Shown: positions 22,262 through 31,956, counted from the stretch's first letter. The stretch: DNA of 60,334 nucleotides from Chloroflexota bacterium (GCA_026707335.1 JAPOXB010000100.1:1-60334), one strand, 5' to 3'. Notes: a model not told the origin generated them from the sequence alone. Numbers and translations: made by a program.

Positions 22262-22300
22262 GCTCTGCCACGGAGCAGGGCGCCGGAGGGGAGCGGCAGC

Positions 22301-23593
22301 ATGCGCGCGGAGATCATCGCCATCGGGACCGAGATCCTGCTGGCGGACATCCAGGACAGCAACAGCCACTACATCGCGCAGCGGCTGCCGGCGCTGGGCG
22401 TCGACCTGTACTACATGCACCAGGTGGGCGACAACGTCGAGCGGCTGAGCGGGCTGATCCGCACGGCGCTCGACCGCTCCGACGTGGTGCTCTGCACGGG
22501 CGGACTGGGGCCGACCGAGGACGACGTCACGCGCGACGCCATCGCGCGGGCGGTCGGCGAGGAGGCGCGGGTCGACGTGGAGGCCGAGGCGACGCTGCGC
22601 GCGTTCTTCTCGCGGCGCGGCAGCGAGATGCCGGCGCGCAACATCAAGCAGGCGACGATCATCCCTTCGGGCACGATCCTGCCCAACCCGCGCGGCACGG
22701 CGCCGGGCTGGTGGGTCGAGAACGCCGATGGCATCGTCGTCGCGATGCCGGGCCCGCCGGCCGAGATGACCGGCATGTGGGCCAACGAGGTCGCGCCGCG
22801 GCTGGCCGCGCGCAGCGACGGCGACGTGATCATCAGCCGCACGCTGAAGACCGTGGGGATCGGCGAGGCGACGGTCGATGAGATGGCCAGCCCACTGCTC
22901 AAGAGCCGCAATCCGACGGTGGGCGTCTACGCCAAGGCCGACGGCGTCCACCTGCGGCTGACCGCCAAGGCCGCCACCGAGGCCGCGGCCCGCGCCCGCA
23001 TCGAGCCCATCGAGGAGCAGGTGCGGGCGCTGTTCGGCACGGCCGTCTGGGGCGCCGACGAGACGACGCTGGCCGGCGGGGTGGGCGACCTGCTGCGGGA
23101 GCGCGGCCTGAGCGTCGCGGTGATGGAGTCGCTGACGGGCGGGCTGCTGGCCAGCACGCTGACCGACGTCGCCGGGTCGAGCGACTATTTCCGCGGCGGC
23201 CTCGTGACCTACAGCGAGGCGACCAAGATCCGCTACGGCGTGCCGGCCGACACGATCGCCGAGCACGGCGTGGTCAGCGAGCAGACGGCGGTCGCGATGG
23301 CGGAAGCCGTGCGCGAGGCGCTCGGAGCCGACATCGGCATCGGGATCACGGGCGTGGCCGGGCCGGCGACGCACGGCGGCCGGCCGGTCGGGACGACGCA
23401 CATCGGCGTCGCCACCGCGACGGGGCGCTCGCACTCGGAGTATGTGTTTGCCCAGACGCGGGCGGCGATCAAGCGGCGGGCCGTGACGTCGTGCCTGCTG
23501 CTGCTGCGGCGCGCGGCGCTGGGCCAACTGCGGGAGAAGGAGTTGATCTTCGCCCGCTCGCGCGAGGACGCGCAACGGGCCGGGTCGGCCTGA
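22301..23593 (+). CDS. cinA: Competence/damage-inducible protein CinA (MoCF-binding domain plus PncC NMN amidohydrolase domain)
   Basis: 430 aa. Motifs AEIIAIGTEILL, TGGLGPTEDDVTRDA, GTAPGW and ESLTGGLLAS....AGSSDYFRGG. Confidence 0.93.
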   Translation: MRAEIIAIGTEILLADIQDSNSHYIAQRLPALGVDLYYMHQVGDNVERLSGLIRTALDRSDVVLCTGGLGPTEDDVTRDAIARAVGEEARVDVEAEATLRAFFSRRGSEMPARNIKQATIIPSGTILPNPRGTAPGWWVENADGIVVAMPGPPAEMTGMWANEVAPRLAARSDGDVIISRTLKTVGIGEATVDEMASPLLKSRNPTVGVYAKADGVHLRLTAKAATEAAARARIEPIEEQVRALFGTAVWGADETTLAGGVGDLLRERGLSVAVMESLTGGLLASTLTDVAGSSDYFRGGLVTYSEATKIRYGVPADTIAEHGVVSEQTAVAMAEAVREALGADIGIGITGVAGPATHGGRPVGTTHIGVATATGRSHSEYVFAQTRAAIKRRAVTSCLLLLRRAALGQLREKELIFARSREDAQRAGSA

Positions 23594-23609
23594 GGACGGG
23601 AGGGAAGCG

Positions 23610-24839
23610 ATGCCCGAGATCGAGATCCGCTCGGCGACGCCCGAGGAGGCGGAGGCCTACCGCTTCATCAACAGCACCGTGTTCGCCTATCGGCCGGAGG
23701 GGGAGCCGTTCACGCCCGGAGAGACGACGATCTGCGCCTTCGAGGACGGGGAGATGGTCTCCTCGTTCAACGCCTGGCCGTTCGAGTGGATGCTGAACGG
23801 GGCGCGGGTGGCGGCGGCCGGGGTCGCGGACGTGGGGACGCTGCCGCACCGCCGGCGGCGGGGGCACGTGCGCCGCCTCCTCGAGGAATCGCTGCGGCGG
23901 CAGCGGGCGGCCGGGCAGGCGTTCGCGATCCTGTGGGGGACGCACACGGCCATCTACCGTCGCTTCGGCTACGAGGTCGTGACGCAGAACGTGCACTACC
24001 AGATGCGGCCGGCCGACGTCGATTTCGCCGCGCTGCCCGGCGCCGCCGCGCGGGAGGCGGCGGGCGATGTGCAATTGAGCGGCCAGCCCGACGTCGAGAC
24101 GCTGCGCCCGATCTATGACGCCTGGATCGCCGATCGGACGGGAGAACTGCATCGCAGCCAGCCGATGTGGGAGCGCGGCCCGCTGCGTGACCGCTCCCGC
24201 GAGGGGCGGCTCTACGCCGCGATCTACGAGGAAGGCGGGGCCGCACGCGGCTACGCGCTCTACACCGTGCGCGACGGCGTCTACGGGCCCACGACTGAGG
24301 ATCTGCACCCGGACGAGAGCCAGCGCCTGACGCTGCGCGAGTTGGTCGCGCTGAGCCCGGCGGCATACGAGGCGCTCTGGCGGGTGGTCGGCAGCCACGA
24401 CCTCGTGCGCTGGATCCACTACGACAACGCGCCCGAGGACGACCCACTGTTCGACCTCGTGCAGGAGCCGCGCATGCTGCGCCGCGCGACACAGGACGGG
24501 ATCATGGCGCGCGTCGTCGACGTGGCGGCGGGCCTGCAGCAGCGGCCCTACGGCGGTCCGCTCTCGCTGCGGCTGCGGGTGATCGATCCGCTCTGCGCCT
24601 GGAACGACGGCGTCTGGGCGATGGAGACGGACGGCGCCCGGACGACCGTCGCGCGCAGCGACGGCGCCGCGGAACTCACGCTGCCGGTGCAATCGCTGGC
24701 GACGCTGGTGACGGGCTACCGCAGCGCCGCCGCGCTCGTCGGCATGGGGCGGGCGGAGGCGTCGGCGGGGCTCGACCTGGCCGCCGTCGATCGCGCCTTC
24801 GCGACGCGGCACCGCCCGCACTGCTTCCACCACTTCTAG
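23610..24839 (+). CDS. Eis-like GNAT acetyltransferase with C-terminal SCP2-like domain
   Basis: 409 aa (GGGAGGGAAG SD upstream). GNAT core VADVGTLPHRRRRGHVRRLL...IYRRFGY. The three-domain length is typical of Eis/MbtK-like proteins. Confidence 0.8.
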   Translation: MPEIEIRSATPEEAEAYRFINSTVFAYRPEGEPFTPGETTICAFEDGEMVSSFNAWPFEWMLNGARVAAAGVADVGTLPHRRRRGHVRRLLEESLRRQRAAGQAFAILWGTHTAIYRRFGYEVVTQNVHYQMRPADVDFAALPGAAAREAAGDVQLSGQPDVETLRPIYDAWIADRTGELHRSQPMWERGPLRDRSREGRLYAAIYEEGGAARGYALYTVRDGVYGPTTEDLHPDESQRLTLRELVALSPAAYEALWRVVGSHDLVRWIHYDNAPEDDPLFDLVQEPRMLRRATQDGIMARVVDVAAGLQQRPYGGPLSLRLRVIDPLCAWNDGVWAMETDGARTTVARSDGAAELTLPVQSLATLVTGYRSAAALVGMGRAEASAGLDLAAVDRAFATRHRPHCFHHF

Positions 24840-24895
24840 CCGCCCACCCGCCGCGACCGCGCCCCCGAGGATGTGGGCCCGCTCGGCCGACGCCC

Positions 24896-25711
24896 TCACC
24901 AGCGCCGCTCGGCCGCGGAAAGCCGATGACGCTTCCAGAGGAGCGCGCCCAGGGGCGCCGCCACAAGCAGGAGGATGATCACGAATCCAAGGAATTGATT
25001 GAATCCGTGGAGCGACCCGTCGTCGAAGCGGTCGAACATCTCGTGCAGGGTGGCGAACCAGCCGATGAAAGCGGCGGCGCACAAGACGGCCAGAACGACG
25101 CCCCAGCCGACCGTCACCAGCACAGGCTCCGCTTGGTGGATCGGTCTGCGCCAGGCCATTCGGCGCCGCAGCAGGATGCCGATCACGGGGATCGAGGCGA
25201 GGACGAGCAGCAGGCCGAGCGCCGCGACCTCGCCCGCAGCGACGGGCTGAGGACGCTCAAGGATTTCCTCGATCTCGTGGAAGGCCCGGAGCCAAGCGCC
25301 GGCCGCGGTGAAGCCGACGAGCGCGGTGACGGTGAGGAAGACGATCGTCCGCGCGACGACAAGGCGATCGCCGAAGCGTGCCCCGCCCAGGTCCGCCGGC
25401 TCGGGCGACTCGCCACCCGTGCGAGTGGCCTCGCCGGATTCCGCTTCGGCCTGCGCGGCGGCGGCGGCGGGCAGGGCGACGAAGAATCGCAGTCCACGGC
25501 GCCAGCGCTCACCGGACGGGGCGGCATCGATCTCCTCGTAGTAAGCCCAGGAGAGCGGTGTGCGCGCCCGCGGGTACAGGCGGAACCAGAGCGCCATCCA
25601 GGGCCGACCGAAGATGCCGAGGATCAAGAAGTCGAGGAGGGCGGCGGTCCGGCCCGGTCGTCGGGGACGCTTCGGCGCGGGCGGAGGCGGCAGGTCGCGC
25701 CGCGCGCTCAC
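24896..25711 (-). CDS. Hypothetical multi-pass membrane protein, translationally coupled to the PadR gene
   Basis: 271 aa with about 5 hydrophobic helices. GTG 25711 overlaps the PadR stop (GTGA). Confidence 0.6.
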   Translation of the reverse strand: MSARRDLPPPPAPKRPRRPGRTAALLDFLILGIFGRPWMALWFRLYPRARTPLSWAYYEEIDAAPSGERWRRGLRFFVALPAAAAAQAEAESGEATRTGGESPEPADLGGARFGDRLVVARTIVFLTVTALVGFTAAGAWLRAFHEIEEILERPQPVAAGEVAALGLLLVLASIPVIGILLRRRMAWRRPIHQAEPVLVTVGWGVVLAVLCAAAFIGWFATLHEMFDRFDDGSLHGFNQFLGFVIILLLVAAPLGALLWKRHRLSAAERRW

Positions 25712-25986
25712 GACGCCGCCTCCTGCGGGATGACCCGTCGGATCGCCTGCTCCGCCCGGAGGGCGTCACGGCCGGCGCCGTTGATCTGGATGAGACGCCG
25801 CGGATGCGAGCCGCCGTGGTCCCAACGAGCGTCGACGAGCCCGTCCCGCTGGAGGGCGGCGAGGGCGGCGTAGACGGAACTGCGGCCGCTGCCCTCGATG
25901 CCGTCGGCGACCTCGATCCCTGCGACTTCGGCGGGGAGATCTGCGAGATAGTTCAGGACGATGTACTGGTTGCGCGCCAGCGCCAT
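25708..25986 (-). CDS. PadR-family winged-helix transcriptional regulator
   Basis: 92 aa from ATG 25986 (GAGAGGAG SD upstream). SGRSSVYAALAALQRDGLVDARW and INGAGRDAL resemble the PadR recognition helix and wing. The track start TTG 26013 would lie inside the operator palindrome. Confidence 0.75.
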   Translation of the reverse strand: MALARNQYIVLNYLADLPAEVAGIEVADGIEGSGRSSVYAALAALQRDGLVDARWDHGGSHPRRLIQINGAGRDALRAEQAIRRVIPQEAAS

Positions 25987-25998
25987 AGCCACTCCTCT

Positions 25999-26031
25999 CT
26001 TGGAACGTTCCAAGTATCGGATCGTTCCAAG
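25999..26031. promoter_or_regulatory. Perfect 16-bp palindrome CTTGGAACGTTCCAAG plus a third half-site GTTCCAAG; likely PadR operator
   Basis: The palindrome at 25999..26014 lies immediately upstream of the PadR SD. An extra half-site copy is at 26024..26031. Confidence 0.55.
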
Positions 26032-26041
26032 ACTTTGTCAA
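26013..26041 (-). promoter_or_regulatory. Candidate sigma70-type promoter of the PadR operon (TTGACA-N17-GATACT)
   Basis: On the minus strand, TTGACA is at 26041..26036 and GATACT at 26018..26013, separated by 17 nt. The operator half-sites overlap the spacer and the predicted start region. Confidence 0.45.
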
Positions 26042-26137
26042 GGTGTCGCCGCCATGGGGCTCCTCACCCAAAAAGACCGTGGCTGCGAGTGAAGCGGTCG
26101 CCTTGTCCGCCGTCCGCCCGCCCCTCACACTCGACCG

Positions 26138-27172
26138 ATGAACTCCCAGCCCGCCATGCTCGACGACTGCCGGGTGCTGCCGATCTCACTGGGGGCGAAC
26201 TGGGTCTACGCGCTGCCCGCCGCCGACCCGGCCCGCGACGGCATCCTGCTGGTAGACGCCGGGCCCGACTACGACGGCGCCTGGGAGGCGCTGACGGCCC
26301 AGCTCGAGGCGGCGGGGCTGACCCCCGACGACGTCCGTACGGTCGTCGTGACGCACGCCCACATCGACCACTGCGGGCTCGCCCGTCGCTGGCAGGAGAT
26401 GGGGGCGGAGGTCGTCGGGTCGGCGGCGGAGGTCGAGCGCTTCGCGCAGGGCGACCGGGTGGTCCGCTACCAGGAGGACCTCATCGATGGGTTGCTGCGG
26501 GAGGCGGGCTTCCCGGACGAGCGGCGCGAGGAGGCGCTGCGTCGGCGGCGACGCGCCGGCCGCAGCAAGCAGGACGCCGCCCGCGACCGCTGGCCGGCCG
26601 TGCTGCGCGGCACGCCCTTCGCGCCGGACCGCGCCCTGGAGGACGGCGACGTTCTGACCATCGGCGAGCGACAACTGCGCTTCGTCGCCGCGCCGGGGCA
26701 CACGCCGGGCAACGCGGTGTGCCTGGAGGAGGCGTCGGGCTCACTGTTCAGCGGCGACCAACTGCTGCCGCGGATCACGCCCAACCCCGGCATCCACTTC
26801 TTGCGCCCGGACGAGCGCTTCCGCGGCCTGCCCGGCTACACGCGATCGCTGGAGCGCATCGCGACGCTGGGCGCGGAGCACCTCTACCCGGGCCATGGCG
26901 AGCCGCGTCAGACGCCGGTCGGGCAGGCGATCCGCTGGACGCTCGCGCGTCACACGCAGCGGCGGGATCGCCTGCTGCGCTGCCTGCGCGACGGGCCGCT
27001 CACCCCCTACGAGTTGCTGCTCCAGTTCTTCCGCCCGCGGCCGGACGCCCGCCTGCTGCCCGCCTTCGCCGAGGTGCAGGGGCACATCGACGTGCTGCTG
27101 GAGCGCGGGGAGATCGTCGAGGAGCAGTCCGAGGGCGCGGTGCAAGTGCGCCTGGCCGGCGCTACTGGGTGA
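26138..27172 (+). CDS. MBL-fold metallo-hydrolase with C-terminal winged-helix-like extension
   Basis: 344 aa. Motifs VVVTHAHIDHCG (HxHxDH), APGHTPG and PGHG. Confidence 0.85.
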   Translation: MNSQPAMLDDCRVLPISLGANWVYALPAADPARDGILLVDAGPDYDGAWEALTAQLEAAGLTPDDVRTVVVTHAHIDHCGLARRWQEMGAEVVGSAAEVERFAQGDRVVRYQEDLIDGLLREAGFPDERREEALRRRRRAGRSKQDAARDRWPAVLRGTPFAPDRALEDGDVLTIGERQLRFVAAPGHTPGNAVCLEEASGSLFSGDQLLPRITPNPGIHFLRPDERFRGLPGYTRSLERIATLGAEHLYPGHGEPRQTPVGQAIRWTLARHTQRRDRLLRCLRDGPLTPYELLLQFFRPRPDARLLPAFAEVQGHIDVLLERGEIVEEQSEGAVQVRLAGATG

Positions 27173-30100
27173 GGCGGCGGTAGAGGGAGGGCAGGCGGCG
27201 CGGCAGCGACTCGATGTCGCCGACGACCTCGTAGCCCATGTCCTCGCACATCTGCTTGAGGTAGTCGTGCCCGGCCCGGTCGACGGTGAGGCAGAAGGGG
27301 GTCATGCCCTCGCGGCGGGCCTCGGTGAGCGCCATCTTGGTGTCGTGGATGGCGTACTCCTTCTCCGTGCGGTCGCGCCCGTAGCCGTGGTCCTGGGGGC
27401 GGCCGTCCGAGAGCAGCACCAGGATCTGCACCTTGGCGGCGGTCTGCTTGAGCTTGTAGATGCAGTGCCGGATGGCCGGACCCATGCGCGTGCTGCGCAC
27501 CGGTGCGACCTTGTCGAGCCGCTCCTTGGCGTCGTTGTTGAGCGTCTCGTCCATGTCCTTGATGACGAAGAATTCCACGTTGTCGCGGCCGTAACCGCTG
27601 AAGCCGTAGACGCCGTAGGTATCGCCGATCGTCTCCAGCGCCTCGATCAGCAGGACGGCGGCCTCCTTCTCCAGGTCGATGATGCGCTTGGCCGGGTGGC
27701 GCGCGTCCTGCGCCCGCTTCTGCGCCCACCAACTCAGGTACTTGCGGGGGTCGTCGTCGAAGTTGTTGTCCGTCCCCTCGGGACGGGGCTGGTGCTTGGT
27801 GATCTCCTCGTCGGTCGAGGCCGACATGTCCAGGAGGAACGCTACCGCGACGTCGCGCTCCACCTTGTTGCGCCGGTAGTAGAGCTTGGCCTCCGACTGC
27901 GCCTGCGCCTTGCGCTCGACGATCCACTCGATCACGCCGTCCAGGTCGTAGTCGTCGCCGTCGGGCAGCCGCTTGATCTTGCGGAACATCTCGGGCTTGA
28001 GCTGCTCGAACTGGCGCCGCGTCTCCTGCACCAGTTGCGCGTAGTCGGACAGGGTGCGCTGGTAGTAGTCGATCTCGCCGTGCTCCATGCGCATCTCCTG
28101 CACGCGGCACCAGCGGGGCTTGTAATCGGAGGCGCGGAAGTCCCACTCGTCGTAGTAGAACGACTCGGCGATCTCCGGCAGCGGCTCGCCGCTGTCCTCG
28201 GGGTCGCTGCCGTCGCCGCGCTTGCCCGCCTGCTGCTGGGCGGCCTGCTGGATCTGCTGCTCGACCTCCTTCATCAGGTTGTCGAGGAACATCCCCGACG
28301 ACTCGTCCAGGTCGCCCTCCGACAACTCCGTGATGTTGATCTCGGTCGACTTCTCCAGCAGCTCCTGCAGTTGCTCCTTGCTCAGTTGCACGGGCGGGGT
28401 ATCGCCGTCGCCCATCTGCTGGTTCTTGAGCTTCATCAGCAACTGCACGAGCTCCGGCTTGAAGTCGCCGCGGAAGTCGATCGGCTCGGGCGACTCGTAG
28501 GGCTGCTCCTCGCCCTGGGGCAGGTTGGGCTGGTACGACTCCATCTGGCCGTCGCCGCTGCCGGGGCCGATGTCGACCATCTCCTCGTCGGCCGCCCCCT
28601 CCGTCATCTCCGACCAGTCGGCCTCGTCCAACTCCACGTTGGGGACCTGCCGGATCCAGTCGTAGAGCACGCGGGTGGCGGCGCCGGAGTCCTCGACGGT
28701 CGCGCCCTCCTCGCGGATGCGGCCCAGGATGCCCAGCGGGCGCTGCATGACCGCGTGCAGCTCGGCGGGCCAGTGCAGCCGCAAGCCCTCGTCGAGCGAG
28801 GCGCGCAGCAGGTTCTCGATCATCGCCTGGCGGACGGGCATCTCCTCCAGCGGGCGGCGCCTTTCGAGGGCGGCCTCCTGCAGCCGCGACATCGGCCGGC
28901 GGATGCCCGCGTACTCGCGCTTGACCATCGTGTCGATGCGGGTGTCCTCGACGATGGTGAAGATGTCGTGCGCCAGCCGGCGGTCGGCGAAGCCGTCGAA
29001 GAAGCGCTCCATGGCCGTGACGGCCTCGGCCTGCTCGGGGTCGCGCGCGGGGGCGTCCTCGCGAGCGGCGCGCTGGAAGATGCGCCCCGGCCGGGCGTAA
29101 TCGAAGGCGAAGGAGCCGAACTCCAGGCGCGCGGCCTGATGCGTGGCGAAGACCTTGTAGACCGCGAAGTTCTCGTCCTTCTCGGTGTACTGCTCGACGG
29201 TCGGCGGCAGGTAGATGGCCGTGCCCTCCGTCGTGGGGCTGCTCTCGTCGACCCAGCCGACGCCCTTCTCGGCCAGCTGCTCGGCCGAGTGCACGGCCAC
29301 GTCGGCGCCGGTCAGCGCCTTGCAGTACATGCGGATCAATTCGGAGACGCGCTCCAACTCCACCCGCGACGAGAGCGCCTCGATGATGTCCTCGCCCTTG
29401 GACGACTCCAGGCGGAAGAAGGCCTCGCCGCCGTCGGGGCTCACGTCCAGGATCTGCCGGCCCGCCTCCTGCCAGCGCGGCAGGTCCTCGGGGCGCAGCC
29501 GCCGCAGCACCTCGGGGGCGGACTTGACGAACTCCATCGCGGCGATGCCGGAGGTGGGCGCGATGCCCTCGGCCAGTTCGAGCATGTCGCGGTGGGCGTC
29601 GCGGTCGATCTCCGCCAGCGACTGCGCGGCCTCCATGAAGTAGGGATGCCCCAGCCGCCCCACGCCGACCGCCACGCGGCCCGCCAGGGCCAGGAAGCGC
29701 GCCCGCTGCTGCGGGTGCAGATGGCGCACCAGCGTGGGTCCGCGCTCGAAGTAGACGCGCGCGTCGACCCAGGCCGTGCCCGCGACCACGGAACCGAACT
29801 CCAGGAACGGCGCCCGGTCGGGCCGGTCGAGCTGGCCCAGCACGTCGGGCGACATATTCAGGCAGGCGCTGGCCAGTTCGTAGGAGTGGCCGGCCAGCGA
29901 CTCGACCAGGTCGACCAGCAGCCGCATCTGGTTGAGCGGCAGTTGGGGCAGCACTTGGGGGCTGACCTCGAAGTACTGCGCGGCCAGCGAGCCCGACTTC
30001 CAGGTGCCCTTGTAGAGCGAGCGCCCCTGCGCCGCCCAGTCGGGCGCCTGCGTGACGGAGAGGTATTGCAGCGAGGCGGGGCTCGACCGGAAGTAGGCCC

Positions 30101-30419
30101 CGGCCAGCGCCGGCGAGGCCTCGACGAGTTCCACGCCGGTGCGGGTCCACTCGCGGAAGCGGCTGAAGGTCAGCCGCTCCAGCATGCCGGGGCTGGCGCG
30201 GAAGTACTCGCCCGCCGCCTCCCAGGAGCGCAGCGAGTGCCGCGCGATCTCGACGCCGTCGTCGGCCCACGAGGCGAGTTCCTGCGGGGCCAGGACCGGC
30301 GCCAGGGCGCCGCGCGCGGCCTCGTAGTCCTGCTGCAGGCTGGGCGGGAACGCGCCCAGGGCCTCCTGCGCCCGGTCGAGCGTGTCAGCCACGGGGCACC
30401 AGCCGGGGAGGGAGGGCAT
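27162..30419 (-). CDS. NorD/CbbO-type VWA-domain protein (1085 aa)
   Basis: N-terminal degenerate helical repeats (YFRASPGMLERL, YFRSSPASLQYL, YFEVSPQVLPQL ...). Acidic low-complexity linker. YDEWDFRASDYKPRWCRVQE motif. C-terminal VWA with MIDAS FLLDMSASTD ... LLSDGRP. ATG lies 3 nt after the upstream stop. Confidence 0.85.
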   Translation of the reverse strand: MPSLPGWCPVADTLDRAQEALGAFPPSLQQDYEAARGALAPVLAPQELASWADDGVEIARHSLRSWEAAGEYFRASPGMLERLTFSRFREWTRTGVELVEASPALAGAYFRSSPASLQYLSVTQAPDWAAQGRSLYKGTWKSGSLAAQYFEVSPQVLPQLPLNQMRLLVDLVESLAGHSYELASACLNMSPDVLGQLDRPDRAPFLEFGSVVAGTAWVDARVYFERGPTLVRHLHPQQRARFLALAGRVAVGVGRLGHPYFMEAAQSLAEIDRDAHRDMLELAEGIAPTSGIAAMEFVKSAPEVLRRLRPEDLPRWQEAGRQILDVSPDGGEAFFRLESSKGEDIIEALSSRVELERVSELIRMYCKALTGADVAVHSAEQLAEKGVGWVDESSPTTEGTAIYLPPTVEQYTEKDENFAVYKVFATHQAARLEFGSFAFDYARPGRIFQRAAREDAPARDPEQAEAVTAMERFFDGFADRRLAHDIFTIVEDTRIDTMVKREYAGIRRPMSRLQEAALERRRPLEEMPVRQAMIENLLRASLDEGLRLHWPAELHAVMQRPLGILGRIREEGATVEDSGAATRVLYDWIRQVPNVELDEADWSEMTEGAADEEMVDIGPGSGDGQMESYQPNLPQGEEQPYESPEPIDFRGDFKPELVQLLMKLKNQQMGDGDTPPVQLSKEQLQELLEKSTEINITELSEGDLDESSGMFLDNLMKEVEQQIQQAAQQQAGKRGDGSDPEDSGEPLPEIAESFYYDEWDFRASDYKPRWCRVQEMRMEHGEIDYYQRTLSDYAQLVQETRRQFEQLKPEMFRKIKRLPDGDDYDLDGVIEWIVERKAQAQSEAKLYYRRNKVERDVAVAFLLDMSASTDEEITKHQPRPEGTDNNFDDDPRKYLSWWAQKRAQDARHPAKRIIDLEKEAAVLLIEALETIGDTYGVYGFSGYGRDNVEFFVIKDMDETLNNDAKERLDKVAPVRSTRMGPAIRHCIYKLKQTAAKVQILVLLSDGRPQDHGYGRDRTEKEYAIHDTKMALTEARREGMTPFCLTVDRAGHDYLKQMCEDMGYEVVGDIESLPRRLPSLYRRLTQ

Positions 30420-30422
30420 CGT

Positions 30423-31040
30423 TCATCGGCCGCGGCTCCCCGAGTGCTTCGCGATGGTCCGGGTGGGATCGGAGAAGTCGCCGATCTGCACGGCGTCGGT
30501 CTCCGTGTCCAGCACAGCATAGGAGACCTGGAAGTCGTTGTTCGGATCTCGCGGGTCGCCGATGGAGCCGGGGTTCACGACCAGCGCCCGCCCGATCCGC
30601 CGCGCCATCTGGTAGTGCGTGTGTCCGTAGATGATGTAGTCGGCCTCCTCGGCGGCGAGTTTGCGCAGCTCCGGGCTGGATGGGTACAGGTAGTCGCGGT
30701 TGGGTGCCCAGGGCGTGGCGTGGAACATCAGCAGGCGCTTGCCGCCCAGCTGCACGCGGATCGTCGAGGGCTGGGCGCGCGTCCACTCCAGCAACTCCTG
30801 GTCCACGCGCGGCGACTGCTGCGCGCGGATGCCCGCCGGGCTGAGCAGGATCTCCTCGTGGTTGCCCAGCACGTAGCGCGCGCCGACCTCGCGCAGGCGC
30901 GCGGCGACCTCGTTGGAGAAGCGGAACTGGTAGCAGGCGTCGCCGGCGCAGAGCAACTCATCGACGGCGCCCATCCGCTCGATGGCGATGTCGAGCGCCT
31001 CGATGTTGCCGTGTACGTCGGAGACGATGCCGAGCCGCAC
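30423..31040 (-). CDS. Metallophosphoesterase, YfcE/MJ0936-like
   Basis: 205 aa with the full motif set: SDVHGN, CAGDA, LGNHE, FHATP, YGHTH, NPGS. Confidence 0.9.
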   Translation of the reverse strand: MRLGIVSDVHGNIEALDIAIERMGAVDELLCAGDACYQFRFSNEVAARLREVGARYVLGNHEEILLSPAGIRAQQSPRVDQELLEWTRAQPSTIRVQLGGKRLLMFHATPWAPNRDYLYPSSPELRKLAAEEADYIIYGHTHYQMARRIGRALVVNPGSIGDPRDPNNDFQVSYAVLDTETDAVQIGDFSDPTRTIAKHSGSRGR

Positions 31041-31059
31041 GCCGCTACCCGGAGATCCG

Positions 31060-31956
31060 TTACTCGAAGATCGAGGAGATGACCTCCTCGATGCTGCGCT
31101 GCACGTCGCCGTCGTCGGTCAGGGCCCAGGCCACGGCGACCTGGCAGGCGCGGCGCGGCGCGATGCCGTTCTGGATCAGCTTGCCGGCGTAGATCAGCAG
31201 CCGCGTGCTGGCGCCCTCGGAGAGGCCGTGCTCGCGCAGGTTGCGCACCTTCTCCGCCATCTTGGCGAGGTTCATTGCGACGTCCATGTCGACGCCCGAC
31301 TCGTGCGCCACGATGCGCGCCTCCGTCTCGCGCGGCGGGTAGCCGAACTCGATCGAGATGAACCGCTGACGGGTGCTCTGCTTGAGGTCCTTGAGCGCGC
31401 TCTGGTAGCCGGGGTTGAAGGAGATGACCAGCAGGAAGCCGTCGCGCGCCTGCAGCAGCTGCGACTTCTTCTCGATCGGCAGGATGCGGCGGTGGTCGGT
31501 GAGGGGGTGGATGAGGACGGTCGTGTCCTTGCGCGCCTCCACGACCTCGTCCAGGTAGCAGATCGCGCCCGCCTTGACGGACCGCGCGAGCGGCCCGTCG
31601 ATCCACTTCGTCTCCTCGCCCTCCAGCAGGTAGCGGCCGACGAGGTCGCTGGCGGTCAGGTCCTCGTGACAGGCGACGGTGACCAGCGGCAGGTTGTCCT
31701 CGGACTCGATCACCTTGCGGCCGTCGCGGATGACGAGGGCCGGCCGGTTGAGGTGGTAGGCCATGTACTCGACGAAGCGGGTCTTGCCGCAGCCCGTGGG
31801 GCCCTTCAGCAGGACGGGCACCTTCGAGTCCCAGGCCGCCTGGAAGAGTTCCACTTCGTCCCCGACCGGCACGTAGTAGGGCTCCTCCTCGGCGCGGAAC
31901 TCCTCGACGGCCCAGGAGCGGTACTGCGTGATGGTGCCTTCGGAAGCGGTGGTCAT
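31060..31956 (-). CDS. CbbQ/NorQ/NirQ-type MoxR-class AAA+ ATPase
   Basis: 298 aa from ATG 31956 (GGAGAGGA SD upstream). Walker [32 protein letters not shown], Walker [16 protein letters not shown], and [21 protein letters not shown]. The 527-aa track ORF runs out of frame through coaE. Confidence 0.9.
   Translation of the reverse strand: MTTASEGTITQYRSWAVEEFRAEEEPYYVPVGDEVELFQAAWDSKVPVLLKGPTGCGKTRFVEYMAYHLNRPALVIRDGRKVIESEDNLPLVTVACHEDLTASDLVGRYLLEGEETKWIDGPLARSVKAGAICYLDEVVEARKDTTVLIHPLTDHRRILPIEKKSQLLQARDGFLLVISFNPGYQSALKDLKQSTRQRFISIEFGYPPRETEARIVAHESGVDMDVAMNLAKMAEKVRNLREHGLSEGASTRLLIYAGKLIQNGIAPRRACQVAVAWALTDDGDVQRSIEEVISSIFE

Noticed and set aside
26895-31082. 1395-aa plus-strand ORF
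   Set aside because: It is antisense to the NorD-like and metallophosphoesterase genes, whose own translations carry clear family motifs. Its composition is the L/R/G/A/V-rich pattern of an antisense frame.
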